Source: Mobula hypostoma (taxonomy: Eukaryota). Taken from it: 64,000 nucleotides of DNA. The stretch spans positions 244,840,001-244,904,000 of the forward strand of contig NC_086097.1 in assembly GCF_963921235.1 (NCBI RefSeq), given 5' to 3'. This document shows, in pieces, positions 11,305 to 23,242 of this stretch (its first letter is position 1; each line of letters starts with the position of its first letter). The position numbers and the translations under genes are program-made. Below the pieces are notes generated by a model. It ran no database searches and had not been told where the DNA came from. It saw only the letters and a list, made by a program, of their open reading frames with translations.

Positions 11305-12880
11305 ACACACAAAATGCTGGAGGATCTTAGCAGGTCAGGCAGCTTCTATGGAAAAGAGTGTAGTCAACGTTTCGGCCCCAGACCTTCATCAGGACTGGAA
11401 AAAAAAAGAGATGAGGCAGAGTTGGAAGGTAGGAGGTGAGGAGGAAGAAACACAAGGTGATAGAAAAAACAGGGGGGGGTGAAGTAAAGAGCTGGGAAGT
11501 TGATTGGTGAAAGAGATACAGGGCTGGAGAAGGGAGAATCTGATGGGACAAGATGCCATGGAAGAAAGAAAATGGGGAGAAGCACCACAGGGAGTTGATA
11601 GGCAGGTAAGGAGATAAGGTGAGAGAGGGAAATAGGAATGGGGAATGGTGAATGGCCGGGGGGGGGCGGTCATTACTGGAAGTTTGAGAAATCGATGTTC
11701 ACGCCATCAGGTTAGAGGCTACCCAGACAGAATAAAAGGTGTTGCTCCTCCAGCCTGAGTATGGCTTCAATGCAACAGTAGAGGAGGCCATAGAGAGAGA
11801 TGTCAGAATGGGAATGGAAAGTGGAATTAAAATGGGTGGCCACTGGGAGATCCTGCTTATTCTGGCAGATGGGAGCATAGGTACTCAGCGAAGCAGTCTC
11901 CCAATCTACTTGGCATCTCACCGATATACAGGAGGCTACACTGGGAATATCGGATACATTAGATGATCCCAATGGACTCACAGGTGAAGTGTTGCCTTAC
12001 TGGAAGAACTGTTTGGGACCCTGAATGGTAGTGAGGGAAGAAGTGTTAGGGCAGGTGTAGTACTTGTTCCACTTGCAAGGAGAAATGCCAGGAGGGAGAT
12101 TAGTGGGGAGGGAGCAAATGGACTAGGGAGTCACATAGGCAGAAAGTTGGCGGGGGGAGGGAAGAAGATGTGCTTGGTGGTAGGATCCCATTGGAGTGGC
12201 AGAAGTTATGGAGAATTATGTGCTGGACGCAGAGGCTGGTGGGGTGGTGAGAGGATGGGGTGAGGGCAGGCATGCGTGAAAGGGAAGAGATGTGGCTGAG
12301 GGCAGAGGTGATGGTGGAGGAAGGGAAGCCCCTTTCTTTGAAGGTGGAGGACATCTGCTTCATTCTGGAATGCAGTGCAGTGGAGACAGATGAATTGAGA
12401 GAAGGGGATGGCACTTTTACAAGTAACTGTGTGGGAAGAGGTATACTCCAGGTATCTCTGAGAGTCATTGGGGCTTATAATAGTCATCAGTAGATAGCTG
12501 TCTCCAGAGATAGACAGAGAGATCAAGAAAGGGGAGGGAAGTGTTGGAAATGGACCAGGTAAATTTGAGGGCAGGGTGCAAGTTGGAGGCAAAATTGATG
12601 AAGTCGATGAGCTCTGCGTGGGTGCAGGAAGCAGCACTAATGGGTTGTCAGTGCAGCGTAGGAAAAGTTGGCAAGAGTCTCCAGTGTAGGTTTGGAACAT
12701 CGATTGTTTCACGTAGCTTACAAAAAGTCAGGCATAACTGGGATCCATGTGAGTACCAATGGCTACACCTTTTGTTTGAAGGAAGTGGGAGGAGCCAAAG
12801 GAGAAATTATTGAGAGCAAGGATGTTCCACCAGACGGAGGAAAGTGGTGGTGGAGGGGAACTGATTGGGTCTGGTGTCCA
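11305..12880 (-). mobile_element. Penelope-like element (RT fragment, GIY-YIG endonuclease, 3' terminal repeat with hammerhead motif), degraded
   Basis: Fragments MKQSMFQTYTG, SAIPFSQF, PVATHFNS, RLEEQHLLFCLGSL; same family as 23243-25260. Confidence 0.85.
11361..11398 (-). ncRNA. Minimal type I hammerhead ribozyme motif (Penelope terminal repeat)
   Basis: Minus strand CCAGTC-CTGATGA-AGGTCTGGGGCC-GAAA-CG-TT-GACTA: core boxes intact, stem I AGTC/GACT. Confidence 0.7.
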
Positions 12881-12887
12881 GAAATAC

Positions 12888-13440
12888 ACCATTTAGTCCA
12901 CCACCTACAGCCCAAACCATATAAACTCCTATCTATCTGAACCATCCACGCACCTATCCAAACTTTTCTCAAATACTGAAGTCGAGCTTGGATGCACCAC
13001 TTGTGCTGGCAGCTCATTCCACGTTCTCACAACCCTCTAGTGAAGAAGTTTCCCCTCTTGTTCCCCTTAAACTCTTCACCTTTCAACCTTAACCCATAAC
13101 CTCTAGTTGTAGAACCACTCAACCTCAGTGGGAAAAAGCCAATTTGCATTTACCTTATTTGAACCCCTCATAATTTTGTATACCTCCATCAAATCTCCTC
13201 TCAGTCTTCTATGTTTCAAGTAATAAAGTCCTAACCTATTCAGTTTTAACATATAACTCGGGTCCTCCAGACCTGGCAACATCCTTGAAAATTTTCTGTT
13301 CTCTTTGAACTTTAAACCTTATTTACACCTCTCCTCTAGGTAGGCGACCAACACTGTATATAATACTCCAAATTTGCCTCCCCAGTGTTTTGTACAACTT
13401 CAACGTAACATCCCATCTCCTACACTCAATACTTTTCTCA
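12888..13440 (-). mobile_element. Older CR1 3' fragment; its tail appears at 4741-4797
   Basis: CR1 ORF2 C-terminal and 3'UTR sequence similar to 2400-2940; tail agtcatagaaaagtacagcacagaaac at ~4752. Confidence 0.7.
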
Positions 13441-13654
13441 CTTTATCCCTCCACAGTTTATTCATTGTTCCCCTATATTGAAGTGCTGATCACAAAGCAA
13501 GTTGCTTCTGCTCATGTTGGCCTCTAGGTGGAAGAGGTAATACAAGTTACAGTGTATACATCAAAACATATAGTAAAATGTGTGGTTAGTGTCTTGTCGA
13601 AGCAATGAGGACTATGCTGGGTATCCCACAAATGTTGCCACACTTCCTGTAACA

Positions 13655-14072
13655 GCATAGCTTACCCACAACTCACTAACCCTAACCCATATGTTTTTGG
13701 AATGTGGGAGGAAACTGCAACACTTGAAGGAAATCCATGTGGTCACAGGGAAAATATACAAGCTCCCTACAGAGGGGAGGGAACGTCGACTTAGACCATG
13801 CTCAGAGGCCTGAGTCATACATTTTCATGCCTTACAAGGCCCAATCTGGAAGTCTGTGTGGGGCGCCACTCTTCGCACAGACACTGGAGCAATCTGTGGT
13901 TGAGTGCCTTGCTCAAGGACACAAACACGCTGCCACAGCTGAGGCTCGAACTAGCGACCTTCAGATCACTAGACGAACACCTTAACCACTTGGCCACATG
14001 CCCAACAGAGAGCAGCAGGAATTGAACCCCGATTGCAATAGTGTGATGCTAACTGCTACACTACCGTGCCAC
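13655..14072 (-). mobile_element. V-SINE / HE1-like SINE (host of the nested SINE)
   Basis: tRNA-like head GGCACGGTAGTGTAGCAGTTAGCA...GGGTTCAATTCC and V-domain-like GGAGCTTGTATATTTTCCCTGTGACC on the minus strand. Confidence 0.7.
13775..14004 (-). mobile_element. tRNA-derived CORE-like SINE nested in a V-SINE
   Basis: A box TGGCCAAGTGG, B box GTTCGAGCC, CORE-like GTGTCCTTGAGCAAGGCACTCAACC; TSD ACAGAG at 13769-13774 and 14005-14010. Confidence 0.78.
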
Positions 14073-15125
14073 AACTTTGAGAGCAGTCAAAGTTGTCCTT
14101 ACTGCAATTTTTATCATTTTAACTTTCTGTGTAGAAACTGCACAGAACACCCATTGTACAACAAATAGGAAATTACATGTCACATCATGCTTTGACTTTG
14201 CCTTCATGTAACAGTGAACTTTTTTAAATTCCTGAAACTTTTACCAAGGAGGTTAAGAATCATTTCCAGCAATGTGAACTATTGGGAAAAGATGGAGTTA
14301 AAAATATTGAAAATAATTAAAATTTTAAAGATAGTATTGTATCAGTTTTGTGAAACAAATTAGTATATGTTTGCCTAAAGTAGACAGTAGTTAGCATGTG
14401 GTATTACTTCTTGTCAGTCTTATGAAGGGTAGGGTATGGCAGGCAAAGCTTTAAGTCCCCCTTCAGAATTTGTTCTTGCCCTATATTTAAATGATGAAAT
14501 GTATAAACAATGAATTGAAGGAGTGGTATTAATGGTACTGCTAATGTACCATTCCCCATAACTGCTAGTGGGTTTGTTCACTATTGATGCTATAAGGTGC
14601 AGAAGAAATTCACCAGGGTGTTGCTGGGAATGGAAGGCATTCCTTGTACAGAGAGATCAGATCGGCTGGATTTATTTCTCACTGGGGTGTACAAAGCTGA
14701 CGAATGACCTTATTAAGATTTATGAAGATTTAAAATAATAGCACATTAGGGTATGTGGAGGGCATAAGCTTAAATGTGAGGGGGGGTGGAATCTAAAGGA
14801 GATCTGTGGTGTACTTTTACCACCATTGACACCTACTACTGCGTTATGGTTCCCACCAGTAGTTAGTCAAACATTTGATTCTAGTGAATGAAGTAATTTA
14901 TCATGTCTTGAGCTTTATTTAATCATATGAACATTTTTCAAAATGCCACAATCCTTTGTTAAAATCTTTCATATTCTTCATTTATTAAATATTTTGTTCA
15001 TCAGTATCCATAGTATCAGCAGAGGCTCTGCTATGAAATAATATTTAAGATGTACTGATAATTTATTGTATATGAAATCTAACACAGTAACTCTTATCCT
15101 GTTCTTTGCCTGCTCTGTTACAAAG

Positions 15126-15149
15126 ATGATGCATCTGACAAAGCAGATG
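15126..15149 (+). CDS. CLASP2: CLASP2 24-nt microexon, phase 1-1, (D)DASDKAD
   Basis: ttctttgcctgctctgttacaaag|ATGATGCATCTGACAAAGCAGATG|gtaagg; resembles recalled mammalian CLASP2 EDTSDKLD. Confidence 0.85.
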
Positions 15150-15425
15150 GTAAGGAAATTATCCACCTGTCTTCTCATATAACCCATTAAGTGACATTGC
15201 CAACAATGTAGAAGAGCGCATTTGTCTTGTATATACAATTCAAAATTAAGTACATGCATTTTCTCTAGCAAGTTTCTAATACTTATGACATGCCTTATTT
15301 AATCAGCATTTTCCCTAAAAGTATTTATGTTCATCAATTCACCAAGTAACTTTACTGACAAAAGTTGTAATTACATTGTTGTAAAAATTATAGATGTTGT
15401 CAGTTTGAACTTCTCTCCCATTTAG

Positions 15426-15443
15426 GAACAACCTGTGAATCTG
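15426..15443 (+). CDS. CLASP2: CLASP2 18-nt microexon, phase 1-1, (G)TTCES
   Basis: cttctctcccatttag|GAACAACCTGTGAATCTG|gtaagc; positional and length equivalent of recalled GTASED. Confidence 0.8.
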
Positions 15444-16451
15444 GTAAGCACTGAAACTTTGAATTGTAATTTCTAAAACTTGAAAAAGTGATCATGAAGC
15501 TGTTAAATTGCCATACAACGAATAAGATTCATCATTGTTCCCTTTGTGGACAATAGGTGGCTCCAGTATAGCATCAACTATTATAAATAGAAGTTGCAAC
15601 CATAACTGTAATCAGTTATAACTGAAAATTCAACAAGTGTAAGCTTATGTTTTGGAGACTGGAGGAAGAATTGAAGTGTGTAGCAGCTCCTTACACATTT
15701 CTAGGCAATGATGGATTTCTAGATCAAGCAAAAAGGCAGCAGGCTATTTTAGTTTTTATGTGGAAAAATGTGAGCTCATTCACTTCGACAGAAAAATTAG
15801 GAATGCTAGGTATCTTTAACTGTTGAGAGATTGAAAGGTATGGGTGTTCAATGGAACATGGGTATTCTTGTATATGACTCATTAGAAGTTAAACTTGCAG
15901 GTATAGCAAGCAATTGGAACAAACAATAGGTTGGCCTTTATTAGAAAAGGGGTAGAATATGGCAGCGGAGATTTCTTAGTCAATTTTTAGTGGTCCTGAA
16001 GATTAAGTGTGTATGAAATGTTCATCAGCTTGTTTCTTGGGATGTTGTGTTTTTTGCGCAAGATGTGATTAAGTAAACTCTCTGGAGTTTGGAAAATGAG
16101 AGATGCTCTCATTGAGATATGAGGATGCAGAGTTAATGTTGCCCATATTGAATTAGGGAGTCCTTCATTCATGAAAGAAATGAGAAGAAATTTCTTCACT
16201 CAGTCGACGGAATCAAAGCTTACAGGTTTCAGGCAGGAAAATGATGTCTTGCTAAAAGTCAGTCAGCAGTCTTATTGTGTGGGAATTAAGGATGAGAAGT
16301 CAACTAGTCCTTTTCTTATGTTATCTATGCCACAATAATCTTACATTGAAAGGCAAACAACAGGAATTCTGCAGATGCTGGAAATTCAAACAACACACAT
16401 AAAAGTTGCTGGTGAACGCAGCAGGCCAGGCAGCATCTGTAGGAAGAGGTG

Positions 16452-16488
16452 CAGTCGACGTTTCAGGCCGAGACCCTTCGTCAGGACT
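16452..16488 (-). ncRNA. Minimal type I hammerhead ribozyme motif in a solo Penelope tail (~16355-16495)
   Basis: Minus strand AGTC-CTGACGA-AGGGTCTCGGCCT-GAAA-CG-TC-GACTG: CUGANGA and GAAA cores, GUC cleavage triplet, palindromic ACGT mini stem III. Confidence 0.78.
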
Positions 16489-19400
16489 AACTGAAAGGTG
16501 CAGTTTTGTTCCCCACTCAACAGTTTGTGCAACAGCTCATCCACCTCTCTGAACTTGGGAGGTTTACAGACAATTTCACTGTGTAAATGTTGCTCTCAGG
16601 ATAGACTAATTCTGTATTGTATTATTTTATATGAGGGTCAATCCAAAGTTCATTTTAATTACTCAAATAGCTTCCTGATCACACTCATGGGTTACAAAGT
16701 ATTCTAATTTCAGAAGAGTTTTGTGATGCAGGACGTGTCTGTTTCACCTTCCTATTGTGGCTGCTTGTCCTGTTTGTCGTTTCGCCATGGCTTTTGGGCT
16801 CTGTCAGGGTATCTATAAGGTTGCTTTCTCTTGAACCTTCTCGGTTGTGTACCTTATCAGTAGGGTGCATACAATGCATATGTTCTCACCAGCACATCAC
16901 ATTCATTTTCATCAGTACTCCAGATTTCTTTATTATGTCGTTCTGTTCAGAATAACATTGTTATCTTTTCTTTTACTGCTTTTCTTTTGCTGTATTATTT
17001 TCTCATCTCAAAGAATTCCTCAGTTCAAGTATGACTTGCATTTGCTTCTAACCTGCAAGAAATTTAGATGTAAAGGTATGCCAGCTCACCATTCTATTCC
17101 CTTCAATGAATTTCACTTTATTTATGTCCAGAATTCAACCATTTTCTAATCTTCCTTTAGGTTATCTTTTCCTTAAATTCCGTATTTACCATCGCTATCA
17201 TCATCATTATGTGTTGTGCCGTACCATCACTATAGGCAAGCATGAAGTGCGAAAACTTCAGTTGGAATTCTCCATAATCTTACAAAGTTCAATTATGCAA
17301 TAAAGCTTCATTAATCTACGAGTTTAGGGTTTTAGTGGTGCTAGCCTGGCACATTTTCCAGACTACTGAATGGCACTCCAAAGCACTTCTAATTCACAGT
17401 TTTAGAAGATGTTACACAGTAACATTTCAGTGAACCCAGTAAATTTAAAGGGAGCATTGGAAACATCCGGTAAGTTTGAAGGGAGAGTAGCCATCAGAAG
17501 CAGGTAAGTTAAAGCAAGTGCAGCAGCTGAGTCCTTGGAGCATGGCGACTAGGACTCCAGCAAGATCAGGGCAGCTTACGAGTGGTCAGGGAACACAAGA
17601 ACCCAGTGAGTGTTCAGACAGTGCACGAAAGAGGTCCCATTGAGTGAAAGGGAGCATAGGATCTAGAATGGAGCAGAGTACTGAGTGAGAGTAGGAACTG
17701 GAACACAGAAACAGTAGAACCAGAGTGTTTGGCAGGAGTGTAGGAGCCAGAGACACTTGCAGGGGGGGGGAGAGCATGGGAACCAATTCCTGGGTGAATG
17801 TAAAATGTAAATATCTCACGGTTGTTCTGGTACTGAACCAATAGGATTTCTGAATGGATGAATAATGGATTTATCAGAGTTTTACTGAATTTGCCAGTTA
17901 TTACCTCAAGCCCTGTCTTGTAGGACGTGAAACTTGGCCCTTTGGGTGACAGAGCCTGTGCCAAAAATCAGAGACTCATTCACACTAATCCCATTTTATT
18001 TTCACACCTTTCCCATTCTACCACTCACATACACATTGGAGTCATTTACAGTGGCCAATTTACCAAGAAATATACACATCTTTCATATGTGGGAGGAAAC
18101 CAGAGCTCCTTACGTGAGAAGGCTTTGGGGTTCTTTTTTTTTCTGTCATTCATTCTTTGGGGCTTTCTTCTGTTTGGATGTCTGTGAAAAGTAAGAATTT
18201 CAGGTTGTGTATTGTATACACTCTGATATTAAATGGAACCATTGAACTGTTGAACCAGAAACTTGATTGAGTCTTTTGAAAAGGAGACCAAGACGATTGT
18301 GGACATTGTCTACATGGAGTTGGTAGCATGACTTTCAACAAGATCCTGTATGGTAGGCTGGTCTGAGCAGTTAGATCTCATGGAGTTGGCACATTGTAGT
18401 AGAGTGTTGTTTCTCAGACTGGAGGCTTGGGACCAAGTGGAAAACTGTAGGGCTCAGTGCTGGGTCCACTATTATTTGTCATCTATAGAAATTATTATAA
18501 TGAGAATGTACTGTAGGTGGCATGATTAATAAGTTTGTGGATGCTGCCATTATTGGCATTGTGCTGAGCAGTGAAGAAGATTGTTTAAGGTTACAAAGAA
18601 ATTGAGATCATCTGAAAAACTGAGCAAAAGAATGACAAGTGGAATTTAACTCGTACAAGTAGGAAGTGATGCATTTTCAGAAGTTAAACCAAAGTAGGAT
18701 ATACATGGTGAATGCCAGGGCCCTGGGGTAAAAGTACCTACATCCCTGAAAATAGTTCTCACGATGTGTTGAACAGCTGTAAACTGGGTCAATTCTTGTA
18801 CGGCAGCTTACCATTTGCCTTCTTCACTATCCTAACTGTGTTAAATATCAGATTTATTATAACAAAGTTCAAGTCCTCTACATCAGTAATAACACTCTGG
18901 TCACTGTGTGGTGAACCTAGACAGGGCGCAGCAAAGATTCACAAGAATACAACCAGGAATAGAGGGCTTGAGTTATCAGGAGAGACTATCTTTGGAGCAG
19001 AGGAGGCTGAGGTATCAGTTGTAGTGGTATATAACATTGTGAGGGACATAGGTGAGGTAAATAGGCAGTCTTCTTGTAAGGGAGTCTGAAACTGAGCCTG
19101 TTTCCATGCTGTATAACCCTGTGATAACTGTAGGATATTCACAAGGTCATAGAGGGAAGGTGCACATTTTGCACAAGTAGGTTCAAAGATCAGAATTGAA
19201 GCTGGTTTGCTGGAACTGTGGCTCCATTATCGGTGTCACTATGCCACCTTTGTATTTTCACTATCCTCCTCAGCCTTTCAAACTTTGTCACATGTTAGAC
19301 TTGCTCTTCAAATGAACACTCCTGCGCTGTCACTGGATGCAGCACAGCAAATAGAATTGCCTCTAGTAATCTCGATTCAGACCTGATCTCTGGTGCTGGG

Positions 19401-20148
19401 TGTGTAAGTTTGCACTTTCTCCCCTTGTAACTGGACTTCACCCATATTTTCACTAGTTGCTCTGGTTTCTTCACATATCCTAAAGGAACACAGGTTGGTA
19501 GGTTAATTTTCACTATCATGTACAGGTGAGTGGCAGGTTCTTGGGTTGTTAACAAGAATGTTGGGAGAATAAAATGAGATTAGTTTAAACTCAATGCTTG
19601 ATGATTGCTGAAGGGCCTGTTTCCATGCTGTGTGAAATATGGTAATTCTATTATGACCTAATCCCCATTGCCTTCATTATTTGATTCATTTTGCATTACA
19701 TGATTCTGTCAAGTAATATATATTGACTTGCTGCTCCCATTCCAATCCTCTCCCTCATTTGATTCATATAGGTTGAAAGAAAGAAAAGAATTTTATTAGT
19801 TCCTTTTATGCATCTTTCACTGAATATTGAAATTAGCTTTATTATTAATATATTGAGCTCTGATTAGAATACCAAAAGAATGAAAAATTCTGTGGCTACA
19901 GAAATTAGAGAATTTGGAAGAAGACTTGCCTTCTTACTACTTTTTGATGTGAAATGTGTGAAATACATTGGTATTTGTAAAGTGTTGAAGGCTCATTTGT
20001 TGAATTAGATCATTTTTGTTCAATAATATTTTTATCTTTAGCATTCCATTTTACTTGATTTTTTTTGCAAGCTCTAAACTGTGCTTTGAGCAGGTGATGA
20101 GTATTTCCTAACGCCTTTTGCTTACTAACATATTTATTTTCGTTACAG

Positions 20149-20253
20149 GTCGAATTCGAAACAGACAGCTACTCCTGGGAACCACCTCTGGTGGTGGCGA
20201 TTCTGCTGATAGCAGAGGGCGAAGTCGCACGAAAGTGGTGTCTCAGTCTCAAC
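20149..20253 (+). CDS. CLASP2: CLASP2 105-nt exon, phase 1-1, (G)RIRNRQLLLGTTSGGGDSADSRGRSRTKVVSQSQ
   Basis: Branch-point consensus TACTAAC (20123-20129), ttacag acceptor, gtatgt donor; ADSRGRSRTKxVSQSQ motif. Confidence 0.93.
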
Positions 20254-20814
20254 GTATGTGTTTGGTTTGTTGTCATTCAGTGTGATGGGACACAACTAGT
20301 TTTAAAAACTGGGGATATAGCAAATATATTATTTCATTTATATGCAGCAAGGATGCATTAGTACTGTAGTTGGCATGTTAAAATGCTGAATGATCCACTA
20401 AGTTTTGAACAACTATTCTGTGCCTCAGGTTTAACATCATCTGAAGATAACAAAGGTATCTTGCTGTTAATATTTTTGTTTGTTTTTTTTTTGCATGTTT
20501 GGTGATTTTTAGTTCAGTTGAGTGTTTCGAATAAATTTGTCAAATTCCTCCTTTCAAGTAGTAGACAGTCAGAAGCAGCAAAAGTGATGAATCTCTTGCT
20601 CTTAAGTGTTAGAAGTTACTATAAATGTTCATAACCTCAGTACAGGAAAGCAGCATTTAGTTCCTTTTACCCAGGAATTCACCATAAGAGGAAGAAACCC
20701 CATTTTTTATCCTTGGAACATTTCATCCTCATTAGTCCTCATTAGTAATTTTTCTTTTACATTTCATTGTCATGTCAAAGCACAGCAAAAAGGTAAAGTG
20801 TCCGTTGATGAAGT

Positions 20815-21066
20815 TTATTTTCATTCAGAGATGCAGCACAGTAACAGGTCCTTTCGGCCAACAAGCCTGTGCTGCCCAATTACATCCATGTGGCCAGTTA
20901 ACCTACCAACCCGTATGTCTTTGGAACGTGGGAGGAAACTGGAGCACCCGAAAGAAACTCACAGGGAAATTGTACATACTCCTTATAGACAGCGACAGAA
21001 TTGAGCCCGGGTAACTAGCGCTGCAATAGCATTAACGCTAAACGCTATGCTTTGATGCCGCTCCAA
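20815..21066 (-). mobile_element. V-SINE / HE1-like SINE
   Basis: Same head and body as 13655-14072 (ggaacgtgggaggaaactggagcaccc...). Confidence 0.72.
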
Positions 21067-21169
21067 AGTCTCTATAATAGGTTTAAAATAATCTATTATC
21101 TAAATAGATCATATTTTTAAAACCCATCAAATGCTTCACAGTTAACTCTGAAGTTAATGCTTCAGTCTG

Positions 21170-21592
21170 TGAAGAAGGATTGAATAGGTTAGGACTTTAT
21201 TCCATAGAAAGTAGAAGGGTGAGAGGTGATTTGATAGTGGTATTCAAAATTATATAGATGGGGTAAATGCAAGCAGGTTTTTTTCACTGAGGCTGGGTGG
21301 GACTACAACTAGAGGTCATGGTTTAAGGGTGAAAGTTGAAAAGTTTAAGGGGAACCTAAGGGAAAGTTCTTCACTCAGAGGGCCGTGAGAATGTGGAACC
21401 AGCTACCAGCACAAATGGTCCATGCAGCTTAATTTCAATGTTTAAGCAAAGTTTGGATAGGTATACTTGGATGGTAGGGGTATGGAGGGCTATGGTCCTG
21501 GTGCAGGGTGATGGGAGTAAGCAGTTTAAATGGTTTGGCACTGACTAGATGGGCAGAAGGGCCAGTTTCCATGCTGTACTTTTCTATGACTC
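21170..21592 (+). mobile_element. CR1 3' fragment
   Basis: Reverse complement of the 2340-2780 type sequence ending ...tgctgtacttttctatgactc. Confidence 0.8.
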
Positions 21593-23242
21593 ATAGAGTT
21601 ATACAATATATATAAAAATTCTAATAGTTGCCAAGTTTTAATGTTCTCCAATTAATTTTCTTTGTCTCACAATCTGAAGTATATGGTCCAGGTTTTATTT
21701 TCAGCACCACAGCAACGATGTTTGCTGCTGACCCCAAAGAAATCTGTTCAAAGATCTTTGATCTTTGTTATTTTGGCCTTCCCACTCCCAGTGTCTCTAG
21801 GCATCTTTGAGGTCCCTTGTGTCTGACAACAGTGGTGATGACAATAAAAATAGGAAATGCTGGAATCAACAACAAAATTAACATTTCAAAGACCCATTGT
21901 CCAAATTGAAAAAAGATCTGAAAAGGGTTTTCAACCTGAAATGTCAGCTGTGTCTCTTTCCACAGATCAACCTGTCTTGCTCAGAATTTTCAGTGCTTTC
22001 TGTTATTTATTTCAGATTTCTAGCATCTGTAACTATGATTTTCAGTAATGTCAACAAGCTGGTCTGCAGCCAATCACTTTGGAAAATACTGAAAGAGTGA
22101 ACTCAGAAATCAGAAAGCACTATTTTTCACTAACTTGTTAAATAATTAATAGAGAGCATAATGAAGGCAATTGTTTAAAGAAGTGCAGGATTTGATGGCA
22201 CAAGTAAAAATACCAAAATGGAATTTTAATAAATACATTAAATTATTTGAATTTAAACATATTTATGAGGAAGTGGTAGTTCCTCCATTTAAAGTTAATT
22301 TGCTTAGGGCAAGATAAGTTGTCAAGCTTTCATTACAGGTTACAATCCATTTGTTCCGCCTTATTTCGAATAGGATTATGATCATGACTATGACTCTATC
22401 ATTTGAATAGTGGACAGGTTGGCTGCAGCCAGGAAAAGTGGAGATAATGGGGTAACTCTACTGTTAGTCAGTGACCATATCCTGCATCTAAGTGAGGCTA
22501 ATCCTTCAAACAAAATTTGTGCCATTAGATATTTTGGAGAAATTAGCCCTTCTTTGGAGTTATTGCTGAAAAAAGGACATAGAACACAGCACAGTACAGG
22601 CTGTACATCCACAATGTTGTGCCAACTTTTTAACCTACTCTCAGATCAATTTAACCCTTCCCTCCCACGTAACTCTCCATTTTACTTATCATCCATGTGC
22701 CTATTTAAGAATTTCTTAAATGCTCCTGGCAAGGCATTCCACTCACTCACCATTCTCTGTGTAAAATAAAAACCTACCTCTGACATCCCCTCTATACTGT
22801 CCTCCAATCACCTTAAAATGATGCCCCCTCGTTTTAGCCATTTCTGCCCTGGGAAAAGGTTTCTGGCTGTCCATTTGTTCTTTGTCTTTTATCATCTTGT
22901 ACACTTCTATCTAGTCACCGGTCATCTTCCTTTGCCACAAAGAGAAAAGCCCTAGCTCATTCAGCTCATTTGGCATTCTCTCTAATCTAGGCATCATCCT
23001 GGTAGATCTCCTCTGCATGTTCTTTAAAGCTTCCACTAAAATAGAATTTTTAAAGATTTTTTTTAAATGATTTGGAATTTCGCAATATTTATGAGTGAGT
23101 GATAGTTCCCCCCCATCTAAAACTATTAGATTTGGGCCATATAAATGACAGGTTACCATCCATTCTAAGTTTAGTTACACATTATTCGTAAGTTAAAACA
23201 GGCTTCCTGTCAGTTTGAACCAGCCTGGCTATTCTCCTCTGA

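Noticed and set aside
13930..14004. tRNA-like sequence
   Set aside because: It is the head of a SINE, continuing into a CORE-like body with a TSD, not a tRNA gene.
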